This document shows positions 45,716 to 55,929 of a stretch of 64,000 bases of DNA, in pieces. The first letter of the stretch is position 1, and each line of letters starts with the position of its first letter. Source of the stretch: a virus (lineage: Duplodnaviria > Caudoviricetes); the IMG/VR virus record IMGVR_UViG_3300027899_000800, positions 1,796-65,795 of that record, one strand, 5' to 3'. The position numbers and the translations under genes are program-made. The notes under the pieces are model-generated. The model saw only the letters and a program-made list of their open reading frames with translations. It was not told the DNA's origin and did not search any database.

Positions 45716-47002
45716 ATGATTAAAATAGAAAACATTCAGTCTCTAATTAATAATCATGTATCACCTTATATATATAATGCTAAAGCATTTAAACCAGGTG
45801 AAACACCTATTTATTATTCAGGTCCATATTGGGATGAAAAAGAAACTGAAGCAGCTATTGATTCATTCTTGAATGGCAAATGGATTACAGCTGGAGAAAG
45901 AGTATATAAATTCGAGAATAAATTTAGTAAACGATTTAATACAAGACATTCTCATATGGTCAACTCAGGCAGTTCAGCTAATTTAATTTTAATAGCTGCC
46001 TTAAAGAAAAGATTTAAATGGGAAGATGGAGATGAAATTATAGTTTCACCTGTTGGTTTCGCTACTACAATATCAGTTCTATATCAGAATAGATTAAAAC
46101 CAGTGTTTATAGATATTGAGTGGGATACTTTAAATTTTGATATTAATCAAATTGAATCTAAAATAACATCTAAAACTAAAGGTATATTTGTATCACCAGT
46201 ATTAGGTAATCCTCCTGATATAGATAAACTAATTAGATTATGCATCAAATACAATATAAAATTAATAGGAGATAATTGTGATAGTTTAGGAAGTAAATGG
46301 GATGGAAAATACCTAAACGAATACTATGTAGCATATGCTAATTCTTTTTACCCAGCACACCATATTAGTACAGGTGAAGGAGGAATGTGTTGCACAGATG
46401 ATGATGAATTAAAAAAATTATTTGTAAGTTTAAGTTGGTGGGGTAGAGATTGTTATTGTATTGGTTCTGCTAATTTATTACCATGTGGTACTTGTGGAAA
46501 TAGATTTGATAAATGGTTAGAAAACTATGATGGAGTTATAGATCATAAGTATGTGTTTAGTGAAATGGGATATAATTTAAAGCCACTTGATTTACAAGGC
46601 GCTATTGGTTTAGTTCAACTTGATAAATTAGATGAAATTGAAACTAATAGAAGAATTTCTAAAAATACACTTAGTAAAATTTTTACTGATAATATACCTG
46701 GATTAAGAATACCTAATGTATTACCTAAAGCTGATCCATGTTGGTTTGGTACTCCATTTATATGTGATGAACCAGGTCTAAAACATAGATTGGTAGAATA
46801 CTTAGAAGCAAATAAAATACAAACTAGAAATTATTTTGCAGGTAATATCTTATTACATCCAGGATATTCTGAGCTTGATGATTATAAATTATATCCTGAA
46901 GCTAATAAAGTACTTGATAAAGTATTTTTTATAGGAGCAGCTCCACATTATACAGAACCGGTATTTAATTATATCAATGATGTTATAACTAAATTTAAAT
47001 GA
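45716..47002 (+). CDS. rfbH: DegT family, CDP-6-deoxy-4-ketohexose 3-dehydrase (E1, RfbH/DdhC-like)
   Basis: VNSGSSANL, DNCDSLGS, SFYPAHH (His in place of the Schiff-base Lys), WGRDCYC...TCG.RF Fe-S motif, DHKY, GYNLKP. Confidence 0.85.
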   Translation: MIKIENIQSLINNHVSPYIYNAKAFKPGETPIYYSGPYWDEKETEAAIDSFLNGKWITAGERVYKFENKFSKRFNTRHSHMVNSGSSANLILIAALKKRFKWEDGDEIIVSPVGFATTISVLYQNRLKPVFIDIEWDTLNFDINQIESKITSKTKGIFVSPVLGNPPDIDKLIRLCIKYNIKLIGDNCDSLGSKWDGKYLNEYYVAYANSFYPAHHISTGEGGMCCTDDDELKKLFVSLSWWGRDCYCIGSANLLPCGTCGNRFDKWLENYDGVIDHKYVFSEMGYNLKPLDLQGAIGLVQLDKLDEIETNRRISKNTLSKIFTDNIPGLRIPNVLPKADPCWFGTPFICDEPGLKHRLVEYLEANKIQTRNYFAGNILLHPGYSELDDYKLYPEANKVLDKVFFIGAAPHYTEPVFNYINDVITKFK

Positions 47003-47676
47003 AATTATTAGTATTAGGAGATGGATTATTAGGAAGTGAAATTGTAAGACAAACTGGTTGGGATTACATCTCTAGAAAGAAAAATAATATTGATTTTATT
47101 AATGATCCATTGTCTCATTATCTTGGAGACTATGATACTATACTAAATTGTATAGCGAATACAAATACTTATTCTACTGATAAAGAAAGTATATATTCTA
47201 TCAATTATCATTTTGTAATTAAATTATCTAATATTTGTAAAATGTTAGGTAAAAAATTAATTCATATATCATCAGATTATGTTTATGCTGACTCAATTCC
47301 ATTTGCTACTGAAAATGATTTAGCAGTTCCATCTTCTAATTGGTATACATTTTCAAAATTATTAGCTGATGAATATATTATGTTTAATAATAAAAATTAT
47401 CTAATAACTAGATGCTCATTTAAACCAAAACCATTTCCTTATGATGCTGGTTGGCTTGATCAAACAGGAAATTTTGATTACGTTGATACTATATCTAATT
47501 TAATTATACAATTAATAAATAAAGATGCTAATGGAGTATATAATGTAGGTACTGAAGCGAAAACAATATATAAATTAGCTAAACAAACAAAACAAAATGT
47601 TAGAATAGATTTTAGGCCAAAATGTGCTCCGAGTGATATAACAATGAACTTAGATAAACTTAAATCAATATTATGA
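46999..47676 (+). CDS. RmlD-like NDP-sugar 4-keto reductase
   Basis: VLGDGLLG, HISSDYVY, Y..SK. Confidence 0.78.
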   Translation: MKLLVLGDGLLGSEIVRQTGWDYISRKKNNIDFINDPLSHYLGDYDTILNCIANTNTYSTDKESIYSINYHFVIKLSNICKMLGKKLIHISSDYVYADSIPFATENDLAVPSSNWYTFSKLLADEYIMFNNKNYLITRCSFKPKPFPYDAGWLDQTGNFDYVDTISNLIIQLINKDANGVYNVGTEAKTIYKLAKQTKQNVRIDFRPKCAPSDITMNLDKLKSIL

Positions 47677-48620
47677 ATGTAGTGTTTTTATCTCAAATGG
47701 GATTCATAGGTAAAATACCTAGAAATCATCCTAATATGAGAGTTGAATTTGCTCAAATGTGTGCTTTACAAACAGATCATTATCCTTTATTTAATATGGA
47801 GGCTATACAACAAAAATATGATATAGCAATACTATTAATACCCAAAACACCAGTGGACAGAGATAAATTATATAATATTGATGTTGTAGGTAACGCCCGT
47901 AAAATAGCAGATAAAGTGTTGTTTATGCAAGAAGGTCCTAATTGGATACATCAAGATTTACCTGTACATCAACAAATATGGCATTATAATTTATTAACTA
48001 GTGTTGATGGAATATTAACTGAAAATGAAACTGATATACAGTATTTCAAAGGTATTAATCCTAAAGTACCTATTCAAGATATACCTTCATTAATGATTGA
48101 AGATTATATTTTAGAATTTAAAGATATTAAACAACAGGATAAAGTTATTATCGGGGGTAATTTTACTAGATGGTATGGTGGATTTGATAGTTATGTTACA
48201 GCAACTGAATTTGATTTACCTATATGGGCGCCAAGTATGGGACGTCGACAACCAAATGAAGAACAATTAGTTACTCATTTACCTTATCTACAATGGGTTG
48301 ATTGGATTAAAGTATTAGCTGAATTCAAATATGCTGTACATTTAATGCCTACAATAGGAGCTGGTACGTTTGCTATGAATTGTGGTTTTTTAGGTATACC
48401 TTGTATTGGATATAAGGGAATTGATACTCAAAGACAAATTCATCCTTTATTAAGTGTTGATTTAGGAGATTTAGAATCTGCTAGAAATTTAGCTATTAAA
48501 CTAAAAAATGATAACTCTTTCTATATTGAATGTTGTGGTGACGCTAAACAAAATTATAGAACACATTTTAGTGAGGAACAATTTTTATATAAAATGAATA
48601 ACTATTTCAAATCACTATGA
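47673..48620 (+). CDS. putative GT-B-like glycosyltransferase
   Basis: C-terminal AGTF..NC..LGIPCIG; glycan-island context. Confidence 0.5.
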   Translation: MNVVFLSQMGFIGKIPRNHPNMRVEFAQMCALQTDHYPLFNMEAIQQKYDIAILLIPKTPVDRDKLYNIDVVGNARKIADKVLFMQEGPNWIHQDLPVHQQIWHYNLLTSVDGILTENETDIQYFKGINPKVPIQDIPSLMIEDYILEFKDIKQQDKVIIGGNFTRWYGGFDSYVTATEFDLPIWAPSMGRRQPNEEQLVTHLPYLQWVDWIKVLAEFKYAVHLMPTIGAGTFAMNCGFLGIPCIGYKGIDTQRQIHPLLSVDLGDLESARNLAIKLKNDNSFYIECCGDAKQNYRTHFSEEQFLYKMNNYFKSL

Positions 48621-49285
48621 ATATAATAGTAGCAATAGATGATACCCACCCAGAACAAAATTGGGGATGTGAAGGTGATCAATCAGTAGAGTATTTAAAA
48701 GAACTAAATAAGGAATTTGGATGTAAATTTGTTTTATTTACTCCTTCTAATTATCATAATAAGTATCCTTTATCACAGTATAAAGACTGGATTTATTATT
48801 GGCAACAATATAACTGGATTGAACTAGCAGGGCATGGACATTACCATAAACGAACAATTATAGATCCAGGTTGTCGTGAATGTGAGTTTATAGAATTAGA
48901 CTATAACCAAGCTAAAGATAGATTAATAGAATGTTTACATGAATGGGATTCAACGGGTTATTCACCTACAGGATGGAGAATGCCAGGTTGGTTAGCAACA
49001 CAAGGTAGTTTTGATGCTGTGAGTGAAGTATTTGATTATACAGCAATTCATACTCACCTTAATGATAATATGAAAGTAAATAATAAAATATTTAAAGGTG
49101 AAAGTTCAATTCATAATACAGAGTCAATAACAATGGTAGATGATACTATATATTTTCAATCTCATATATGGGGTGAATATAATAAAAACAATTGGACTGA
49201 AGATAATTATGAAAATTTTAGACATATACTTTTATATTTAAAAGATAATTTTGAGTTGAATTTTAAATTATTTAATGAGTTATGA
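48617..49285 (+). CDS. polysaccharide deacetylase-like (DUF2334) protein
   Basis: IDD.HP, ELAGHGHYH, GWRMPGW, QSH. Confidence 0.72.
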   Translation: MNIIVAIDDTHPEQNWGCEGDQSVEYLKELNKEFGCKFVLFTPSNYHNKYPLSQYKDWIYYWQQYNWIELAGHGHYHKRTIIDPGCRECEFIELDYNQAKDRLIECLHEWDSTGYSPTGWRMPGWLATQGSFDAVSEVFDYTAIHTHLNDNMKVNNKIFKGESSIHNTESITMVDDTIYFQSHIWGEYNKNNWTEDNYENFRHILLYLKDNFELNFKLFNEL

Positions 49286-49986
49286 AAATACAATTTATAA
49301 TTATAGGGTGGCATTATTTTCCTGATTATATAAATGATCTTATTGAGTTAAAAACCAACAATGATAATGTTAATGTGTTCTGGGTTTGTAGAAAAGAACC
49401 ACCTCAAATAGTTAAAGATAACTTTGATTGGAAAATATTTGATAATGTAGGTTTAGAATGGGGTGGTTATAATCAAGGAGCAAGTTACCTAACTTTAGAT
49501 GATGATGATGTTATATTTTTTACTCATGATGATATAATAATTAAGGATTGGAATTTTTTAAATATATGCTTATCAAATCTATCACAATTTAATATTATAG
49601 GTAATGGATTGAATTATGGATTTAATTTAGATCCAAACGCTATCATAACACCTAACAACACTGAGGAAATTATACCTTATGGTTCTATTAATACTTGGTT
49701 AGATGTAGCTACTACTAAAGAATTATTTGATATACCACTTCATTGTAGAACAATTAGGGGTAGTTTTATATGTACAACTTATTCTAGTTTCAAACGCATA
49801 AATGGATTTGATTATATTATTGATCCATATGATGGAAAGATGGTAGACTTACAATGGGCTAATATAATGGTTAATTTAAATGGATACAAATATACTAGGG
49901 TATTTGGTCACAATAAAATAGGATACTTATCTAATACTTATGCTGATTCAGATTTTATTTATGAGTTAGAAAGGGGAAAAATATGA
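49282..49986 (+). CDS. putative GT-A glycosyltransferase
   Basis: NVGLEWGGY, FFTHDD, RGSF. Confidence 0.55.
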   Translation: MKIQFIIIGWHYFPDYINDLIELKTNNDNVNVFWVCRKEPPQIVKDNFDWKIFDNVGLEWGGYNQGASYLTLDDDDVIFFTHDDIIIKDWNFLNICLSNLSQFNIIGNGLNYGFNLDPNAIITPNNTEEIIPYGSINTWLDVATTKELFDIPLHCRTIRGSFICTTYSSFKRINGFDYIIDPYDGKMVDLQWANIMVNLNGYKYTRVFGHNKIGYLSNTYADSDFIYELERGKI

Positions 49987-50657
49987 TTGATATAGTTTGT
50001 ACTTGTTATGATGTTAATGAATTTAAAACTCAAGCTGAATTCTATAATAAATTTAAGTTTGATTACCCAGTACATTTTATAACTAACTTTGAAGATGAAA
50101 ACCAAATCAAATCTATATCCCAAGAAACAGGCTTAAATATAAATTGGTTACAATACAACCCAGGTAAACATATGGGCGCTTTTGCTTTAGCTAGTTCAGC
50201 TAATGAATTATTAACCCATGATTATGTTTTACATTACCATGCTGATATGATGTTTAGAGATATAAATGATATAGATTGGATGGTTAAAGAATTTATTCAA
50301 TCAAATAAAAAATTAGCTGGCATACCTAGACAATGGATGTTTGATAATAATTATAATTTAATTGATAATAAAAGTTTACCAATTCGATCTGAGTTTTTCT
50401 TTATAACTAAAGATTTATATAATAAAATATTCAATTTAGATAACTATAATGATATAGCTGATAAATGTATTAATAATGGACATCCATCATTACATTTTGA
50501 GCCTTTAATATATGCTGGTTTAGAATTAAATAAGATTGGAGTAGCAAAAGAAATTCATTATCTTGAGGGTATAAAAGAATTAAAAGATAAATATAAAGAT
50601 AATTTAGTGTATTACAATACTATGTTTGAGAGAACAGGTATGTTACGTTTAAAATAA
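49983..50657 (+). CDS. putative GT-A glycosyltransferase
   Basis: NPGKH.G, DYVLHYHAD. Confidence 0.5.
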   Translation: MIDIVCTCYDVNEFKTQAEFYNKFKFDYPVHFITNFEDENQIKSISQETGLNINWLQYNPGKHMGAFALASSANELLTHDYVLHYHADMMFRDINDIDWMVKEFIQSNKKLAGIPRQWMFDNNYNLIDNKSLPIRSEFFFITKDLYNKIFNLDNYNDIADKCINNGHPSLHFEPLIYAGLELNKIGVAKEIHYLEGIKELKDKYKDNLVYYNTMFERTGMLRLK

Positions 50658-50662
50658 ATTTT

Positions 50663-51526
50663 ATGAATATATTAATTACAGGAGGTGCTGGGTTTGTAGG
50701 CACTAATTTAATTAAAGCTTTACTTAAACAAGGACATGATATTACTTCTGTAGACAATTACAACACAGGATTAGAATCAAACCATCAAGAAGGAGCCAAA
50801 TATATCAATTATGATATTAGGTATATTGATGATTATAGTTCATGGGGTAAATTTGATGTTGTATATCATTTAGCTGCTATAGCTAGGATACAACCATCAT
50901 TTAATAAACCAGAAGAATATTTTACTACTAATGCTAATGGTACTTTAAAATTAGCTAATTATTGTGTTAAAAATAATATACCAATTATATATGCTGGTAG
51001 TAGTTCTCATCATGCAGGTAAATTAACTAATCCTTATACGTTTAGTAAAGATATAGGAGAAGAAATACTTCAATTATTTGAAAATGTATATAAATTAAAA
51101 TCAACAATAGCTCGTTTCTATAATGTTTATGGGCCATACCAACTAAAAGAAGGTGGTTATACAACATTAATTGGTGCTTGGGAAAAGCAAATTGAAGAAG
51201 GAAAACCATTAGTAATTTATGGAGATGGAAAAAAACGTAGAGATTTTACTCATGTTGAAGATATAGTTGAAGCATTAATATTAATTCTAGAAAAACAAAA
51301 ATGGGGTTATATATTTGAACTAGGTAGAAATAAAAACCACTCAGTTAAAGAGATAGCTACTATGTTTGGGAAAGAAATTATATATGAAGATGATAAACCA
51401 GGAGAGGCGTTTGTAACATTATGTGAGGATAGATTAGCTAAAGAAATATTAAACTGGAATCCAAAACATAATATTGAAGATTATATAAAAAAATATCTAG
51501 ATGGAAAACAACCAGATATATTCTAA
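50663..51526 (+). CDS. NAD-dependent epimerase/dehydratase
   Basis: ITGGAGFVG, HLAA, PY..SK, RFYNVYGP, RDFTHV.D. Confidence 0.92.
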   Translation: MNILITGGAGFVGTNLIKALLKQGHDITSVDNYNTGLESNHQEGAKYINYDIRYIDDYSSWGKFDVVYHLAAIARIQPSFNKPEEYFTTNANGTLKLANYCVKNNIPIIYAGSSSHHAGKLTNPYTFSKDIGEEILQLFENVYKLKSTIARFYNVYGPYQLKEGGYTTLIGAWEKQIEEGKPLVIYGDGKKRRDFTHVEDIVEALILILEKQKWGYIFELGRNKNHSVKEIATMFGKEIIYEDDKPGEAFVTLCEDRLAKEILNWNPKHNIEDYIKKYLDGKQPDIF

Positions 51527-52145
51527 CGAATATAAATTTACAGAAACATGGTTTGACCATATGATCCCAGCATGGGAAAAGATATTCAATGATTATAAAA
51601 TTCCTATCCAATCAGTTTTAGAAATAGGATGTTATGAAGGTAGAGCTACAGTTTGGTTATGTGAAAATGTTTTAAATAATAATAATATAAATCATCATTA
51701 TGATGTTGTTGATACATTTGGTGGTTCATTAGATGAATCAGGAATGGAAAAGACTAAAAAATTATTAGAACAAGATAATTTTATTGAAAATAATTTTAAA
51801 CATAATATTAATGTTGTAGCTAAAAAATATAATATTAATTTTTATCTTTATAAAGGTAAATCTCAAACAATATTACCTTCTTTTGAACCTATAGAAAAAT
51901 ATGATTTTATTTATATAGATGCTTCTCACCGTGCTGATGATACTTTTGTAGATGCTTATTACGCTCACAAAATGTTAAAAAAAGGAGGTATAATAATATT
52001 TGATGATTATGGATGGGGAGATCCTAAAAATACTCATCAAGTAAATTCTCCAAAATTAGGAGTAGATGTTTTTAATTGGATGTATAATGACAAATATCAA
52101 ATTTTACTTGAAGGATATCAAGTTGGATTAATAAAAATAGAATAA
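51501..52145 (+). CDS. class I SAM methyltransferase (Methyltransf_24-like)
   Basis: LEIGCYEGR, DFIYIDASH, GGIIIFDDY.W. Confidence 0.85.
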   Translation: MENNQIYSNEYKFTETWFDHMIPAWEKIFNDYKIPIQSVLEIGCYEGRATVWLCENVLNNNNINHHYDVVDTFGGSLDESGMEKTKKLLEQDNFIENNFKHNINVVAKKYNINFYLYKGKSQTILPSFEPIEKYDFIYIDASHRADDTFVDAYYAHKMLKKGGIIIFDDYGWGDPKNTHQVNSPKLGVDVFNWMYNDKYQILLEGYQVGLIKIE

Positions 52146-53332
52146 TGGAAAAAATAACTTTTGTATTACCTAGTAGAAATAATTTAGAATTTCTTCAATT
52201 AGCATATAAATCAATTCGTAATTTATTAACTAAACATGAAATACTTATATTAGATGATGCTAGTGAAGATGGAACTCAAGAATGGATTAAATCAATAAAC
52301 GATGAAGACTTACTCACTTTTCGCAACCCAGGACCAGATCGTATTGGTATTGTCGGCATGTTCGATCGAGGTATCGAAATGGCTAGGACAGAAATTATAT
52401 TTGCTTTCCATGCAGATATGGTAGCTGGGCCTAATTTAGATGTTAATATACTAAAACATTTAAAACCAGGTACAGTAGTTAGTGCTACTAGAATTGAACC
52501 ACCATTACATCCACCCGGTCCAGAAAAAATAACTCAAGATTGGGGTGATGAAGTTGATCAATTTGATTTTAATGCCGCTATGAATGCTATAGGATTTTTT
52601 GAAAGACAAAATAAAGATAAAGTAACTGAAGGTATATTTGCTCCATGGTGTATGTATAAGGCAGATTATTTAGCTGTTGGAGGACATGATGAATTATTTG
52701 CTCCTCAATCAAAAGAGGATAGTGATTTATTTAATCGTTTTGTTTTAAAAGGATATAAAGTAATTCAATCATGGGATGGTTTAGTTTATCATTTCACTAG
52801 TAGAGGAAGTAGGTTTAATAAATATGCTGGAGGTGCTGCTGGTAAGAATAGTGAGGAATGGCTTTATACTACAACTAAAAATGCTAGAAATTTTATTCGC
52901 AAGTGGGGGCATTTTATTAAACATGATGCTTATATGAAACCAATTATACCTCATAAGTATGATATTGGTTTTGTAGTTGATAATTGTAATTTACAATTAA
53001 TGGCTGCTTTGGAACCATGGTGTAATATTTTATACACTGATGATGAATTAGGTATTAATGAAGTTGCTTATTATGAACAAGAACAACCACACACTAAAAT
53101 TGATCTTAAAAGTAAAATTAAAGTAATAAAACATACTGTACCTAATAATGATATTGTAGTTGAATTTAATGGTAAATTATTAACTCAAGAATCATTTAAT
53201 ATATTAACTCAACTACCAGAAATAATAGCTGAGTCAGGTGAAATAGGTACATTTGAATTAGATATATTTAAAATAACAATTAATAATTTAGAAACATACG
53301 AACATAATTTAATTCATATTTATAACAAATAG
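52145..53332 (+). CDS. GT2 family glycosyltransferase
   Basis: ILDDASEDGT, FHADM, GGHDE.F, EDSD, HFTSRG. Confidence 0.87.
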   Translation: MEKITFVLPSRNNLEFLQLAYKSIRNLLTKHEILILDDASEDGTQEWIKSINDEDLLTFRNPGPDRIGIVGMFDRGIEMARTEIIFAFHADMVAGPNLDVNILKHLKPGTVVSATRIEPPLHPPGPEKITQDWGDEVDQFDFNAAMNAIGFFERQNKDKVTEGIFAPWCMYKADYLAVGGHDELFAPQSKEDSDLFNRFVLKGYKVIQSWDGLVYHFTSRGSRFNKYAGGAAGKNSEEWLYTTTKNARNFIRKWGHFIKHDAYMKPIIPHKYDIGFVVDNCNLQLMAALEPWCNILYTDDELGINEVAYYEQEQPHTKIDLKSKIKVIKHTVPNNDIVVEFNGKLLTQESFNILTQLPEIIAESGEIGTFELDIFKITINNLETYEHNLIHIYNK

Positions 53333-53337
53333 ATCGT

Positions 53338-53658
53338 ATGGCTAAAAAATCAACTAGAACAGTACCTAAAATGGTATTGTCAATTATAGGTGAAGGAACA
53401 CCAGACGCTAAAGCATTATGTGATAATGAAATATTTTCTAGAGCTGTTTATGTTGAAGCAGTAGAAGGTATTAAAGATGCTATTAAGAATAGAGCTAAAA
53501 CAGCCATATTATTTGAATTAGGTAAAAGTGAATACTATGTTGAATTAGACAAATCAGAATGGAAACAAGCACTTCAATCATGTATGGATATGTATATTGA
53601 AAAAGAATTATATGAAAGATGTAGTGATATAAAAATACTAATTGATAAAATAAAGTAA
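53338..53658 (+). CDS. hypothetical protein with a UvrB/C-like helical C-terminus
   Basis: W..AL..C...Y.E.E.YE.C..I; similar to 57388-57711. Confidence 0.6.
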   Translation: MAKKSTRTVPKMVLSIIGEGTPDAKALCDNEIFSRAVYVEAVEGIKDAIKNRAKTAILFELGKSEYYVELDKSEWKQALQSCMDMYIEKELYERCSDIKILIDKIK

Positions 53659-53659
53659 T

Positions 53660-54067
53660 ATGAATGATAGTTATGATGATATTAAGAAAGCAGTTGATAG
53701 TATTCTTAAAATAAATTCAACAGTTAAAAGAAAGAAGAAAGCATATATTGAGAAACAAAAAGATTTATTTACTAGTATTATAATGGCATTACATGCTACT
53801 CAAGCTAGAACTAATCTAGCTAATGCTGAAATGAAACTTGATTTTAGTACTTATGATGAGTTATTCCTACAAATAATAGACTCACTTATACTACTCCATT
53901 TTGGAAAAGAAGGATATGAAGTAATTAGTTTTTACATGTATGAAAAACTTAACCCAGATGGTTCAGTGAATGAATTATTTGATGATGAAGATAAAGTAGT
54001 TCCATCTGATACACCTGAAGACATTTGGAACATATTAATGAAATTGAAATTAGACAATGAAAAATAA
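53660..54067 (+). CDS. hypothetical phage protein
   Basis: 135 aa ORF in operon order. Confidence 0.7.
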   Translation: MNDSYDDIKKAVDSILKINSTVKRKKKAYIEKQKDLFTSIIMALHATQARTNLANAEMKLDFSTYDELFLQIIDSLILLHFGKEGYEVISFYMYEKLNPDGSVNELFDDEDKVVPSDTPEDIWNILMKLKLDNEK

Positions 54068-54100
54068 AACAAAACAAAACAAAACAAAACAAAACAAAAC
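54066..54100 (+). repeat. (AAAAC)7 simple tandem repeat in the leader of the lipoprotein gene
   Basis: Seven exact AAAAC units ending 3 nt before the ATG at 54104. Confidence 0.95.
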
Positions 54101-54103
54101 AAA

Positions 54104-54796
54104 ATGAAAAAAATCACACTCATAGTAGTTAGTCTACTAACAATGTTATTTAGTTGTAACATAAAAACTGAAACAGTTGAAAGCATTAAATCTGACACAG
54201 CAGTAAAAATTCACCAAGGATCTTTTGCCTTCTGTGGCGCGTCAGCAGCAATTCCAACTGGAAAAAAGATTGTTGTTCAAGGAGTAGTATATGATGAAGG
54301 ATGTGCTATATGTCCTGTATTAACAGGACCATCTATTTCTAATTTAGCAATGAAAGGAGATAGTGGAACTTATGGAAGGTTTAATGTGAATGAAAATTTT
54401 CAAACACCTGATGGAACTGATAATACAGTTTGGTCTTTATTTTGGTATTATGATTCAACAACTACAGTACCACAATTTAATCCAGCATCTAAGGAGTGGG
54501 AATTATTACCACCTGTAAATCGTTCATTTATTATAAACTTTGACTCTCCAACCACAAGTGAAAGTAATATGTTTGCAATGCCTGGTATTATCTTTGATAC
54601 AACATCTACTGGTATTGTATTAGCAAAAGTATATGGGCCACTTAATGAAGCAGCAGTTCCATTACGTTTCGCTGCTCCAGTTAAGGAAGGAATGACATCT
54701 GTAACTGCGGCTAAAGAAGGATTTCCGTACCCTGTAGGAACACCAATTCCAGTTAGTGAATTAAGTAAGGAACTTCAAAAAGAAGAAAAAAAATAA
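54104..54796 (+). CDS. lipoprotein of unknown function
   Basis: MKK...LFSC lipobox; Cys-containing, beta-rich body. Confidence 0.75.
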   Translation: MKKITLIVVSLLTMLFSCNIKTETVESIKSDTAVKIHQGSFAFCGASAAIPTGKKIVVQGVVYDEGCAICPVLTGPSISNLAMKGDSGTYGRFNVNENFQTPDGTDNTVWSLFWYYDSTTTVPQFNPASKEWELLPPVNRSFIINFDSPTTSESNMFAMPGIIFDTTSTGIVLAKVYGPLNEAAVPLRFAAPVKEGMTSVTAAKEGFPYPVGTPIPVSELSKELQKEEKK

Positions 54797-55438
54797 ATGC
54801 TACCAAAACCATTATCTAAAGCTGATATAGAAAGATCAATGGCTATGACTAAATCAAATCGAGCCGGTGCTAGATATCTGCATGTTAGTTATATTCATTA
54901 TAAGAAATGGGCTAAGAATTATAAAACAGATGATAATGATCCTAACTCACTTACCTTATTTGACGCCCATAAAAATCAATCAGGTAAAGGTATAGCTAAA
55001 TTTCTAACTAATAAAGGTAAAGAACCAGCATTAAAAGATATTATTGAAGGTAGAGTACCTATTGATTCATATACGCCTGAGAAATTAAAAAATAGATTAA
55101 TACAAGAAAGTTATTTACAAGAATGTTGTGCCAAATGTCAATTCGCTGAGCGTAGGGTCGTTGATTATAAAGTACCTTTAGTACTTAATTTTAAGGACGG
55201 AAATAAGAAAAATTGGACATTGGATAATTTAGAGTTGTTATGTTACAATCATTATTTCTTATATGTTGGAAATATATTCACTGATAAACAAGTACAACAT
55301 TTAGAAGATTATAACCCATCAACATTTGAATCTAAAGTTGATTGGGAAATGGATGCCTATTATAAAGAACATTTACAACAATTAGGAGTAATTGAACATG
55401 ATGATGATTTAGGTAGTGAATTTATCTCTAAAATATGA
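54797..55438 (+). CDS. HNH-like protein with N-terminal HTH and a degenerate active site
   Basis: CAKC...LVLNFKDGNKKNWTLDNLELLCYNH; shares NQSGKGI with the HNH at 31320. Confidence 0.7.
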   Translation: MLPKPLSKADIERSMAMTKSNRAGARYLHVSYIHYKKWAKNYKTDDNDPNSLTLFDAHKNQSGKGIAKFLTNKGKEPALKDIIEGRVPIDSYTPEKLKNRLIQESYLQECCAKCQFAERRVVDYKVPLVLNFKDGNKKNWTLDNLELLCYNHYFLYVGNIFTDKQVQHLEDYNPSTFESKVDWEMDAYYKEHLQQLGVIEHDDDLGSEFISKI

Positions 55439-55461
55439 CCTAAATTAAGTCAGTATATTTA
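55436..55461 (+). promoter_or_regulatory. phage promoter TGACC-N13-TATATTTA
   Basis: Recurrent motif followed by the aaataaaaattaaggttATG leader. Confidence 0.6.
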
Positions 55462-55483
55462 GTTATAAATAAAAATTAAGGTT

Positions 55484-55915
55484 ATGTTATGGACAGTTAA
55501 AAAAATGTTCACGAATGGAACAGTCATAAATGAAATAGTTAGTTCAACAGAACCACTTGTTGTTTATCCTAAACGAGACGGAATCATGTCTAGTTATGCT
55601 AGTAGATTCAAATATGAAATTGAACATCATTTGCCTCCAACCATTTATAAATCAGATAAAGACAATAAAACATATCTAGTTCCAATGTGGATGGAAGTTC
55701 ATCCCGATACAACATTTGATGATGTAGTTTGGATTAGACCAAAACAGAAAAAAATAATTGAACATATTGAAGGTTCAGTTGGTAAGTATAAAACAACATA
55801 TGATCCAAATAAAAACACTTATAAATGTACATGTATGGGATTTTGGAGAAGTAAAGGTAATTGTAAACATGTTAAGGCATTAAGAGAGAAAAATTTGGTT
55901 ACTAAAGTTAAGTAA
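55484..55915 (+). CDS. SWIM zinc-finger protein
   Basis: CTCMGF....CKHV. Confidence 0.75.
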   Translation: MLWTVKKMFTNGTVINEIVSSTEPLVVYPKRDGIMSSYASRFKYEIEHHLPPTIYKSDKDNKTYLVPMWMEVHPDTTFDDVVWIRPKQKKIIEHIEGSVGKYKTTYDPNKNTYKCTCMGFWRSKGNCKHVKALREKNLVTKVK

Positions 55916-55929
55916 ACTATATTTAATAT

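Noticed and set aside
11664-53332. Interpretation as a bacterial LPS or capsule locus
   Set aside because: It is interleaved with T4-like replication genes and small phage ORFs, and no wzx/wzy/ABC export genes were recognised
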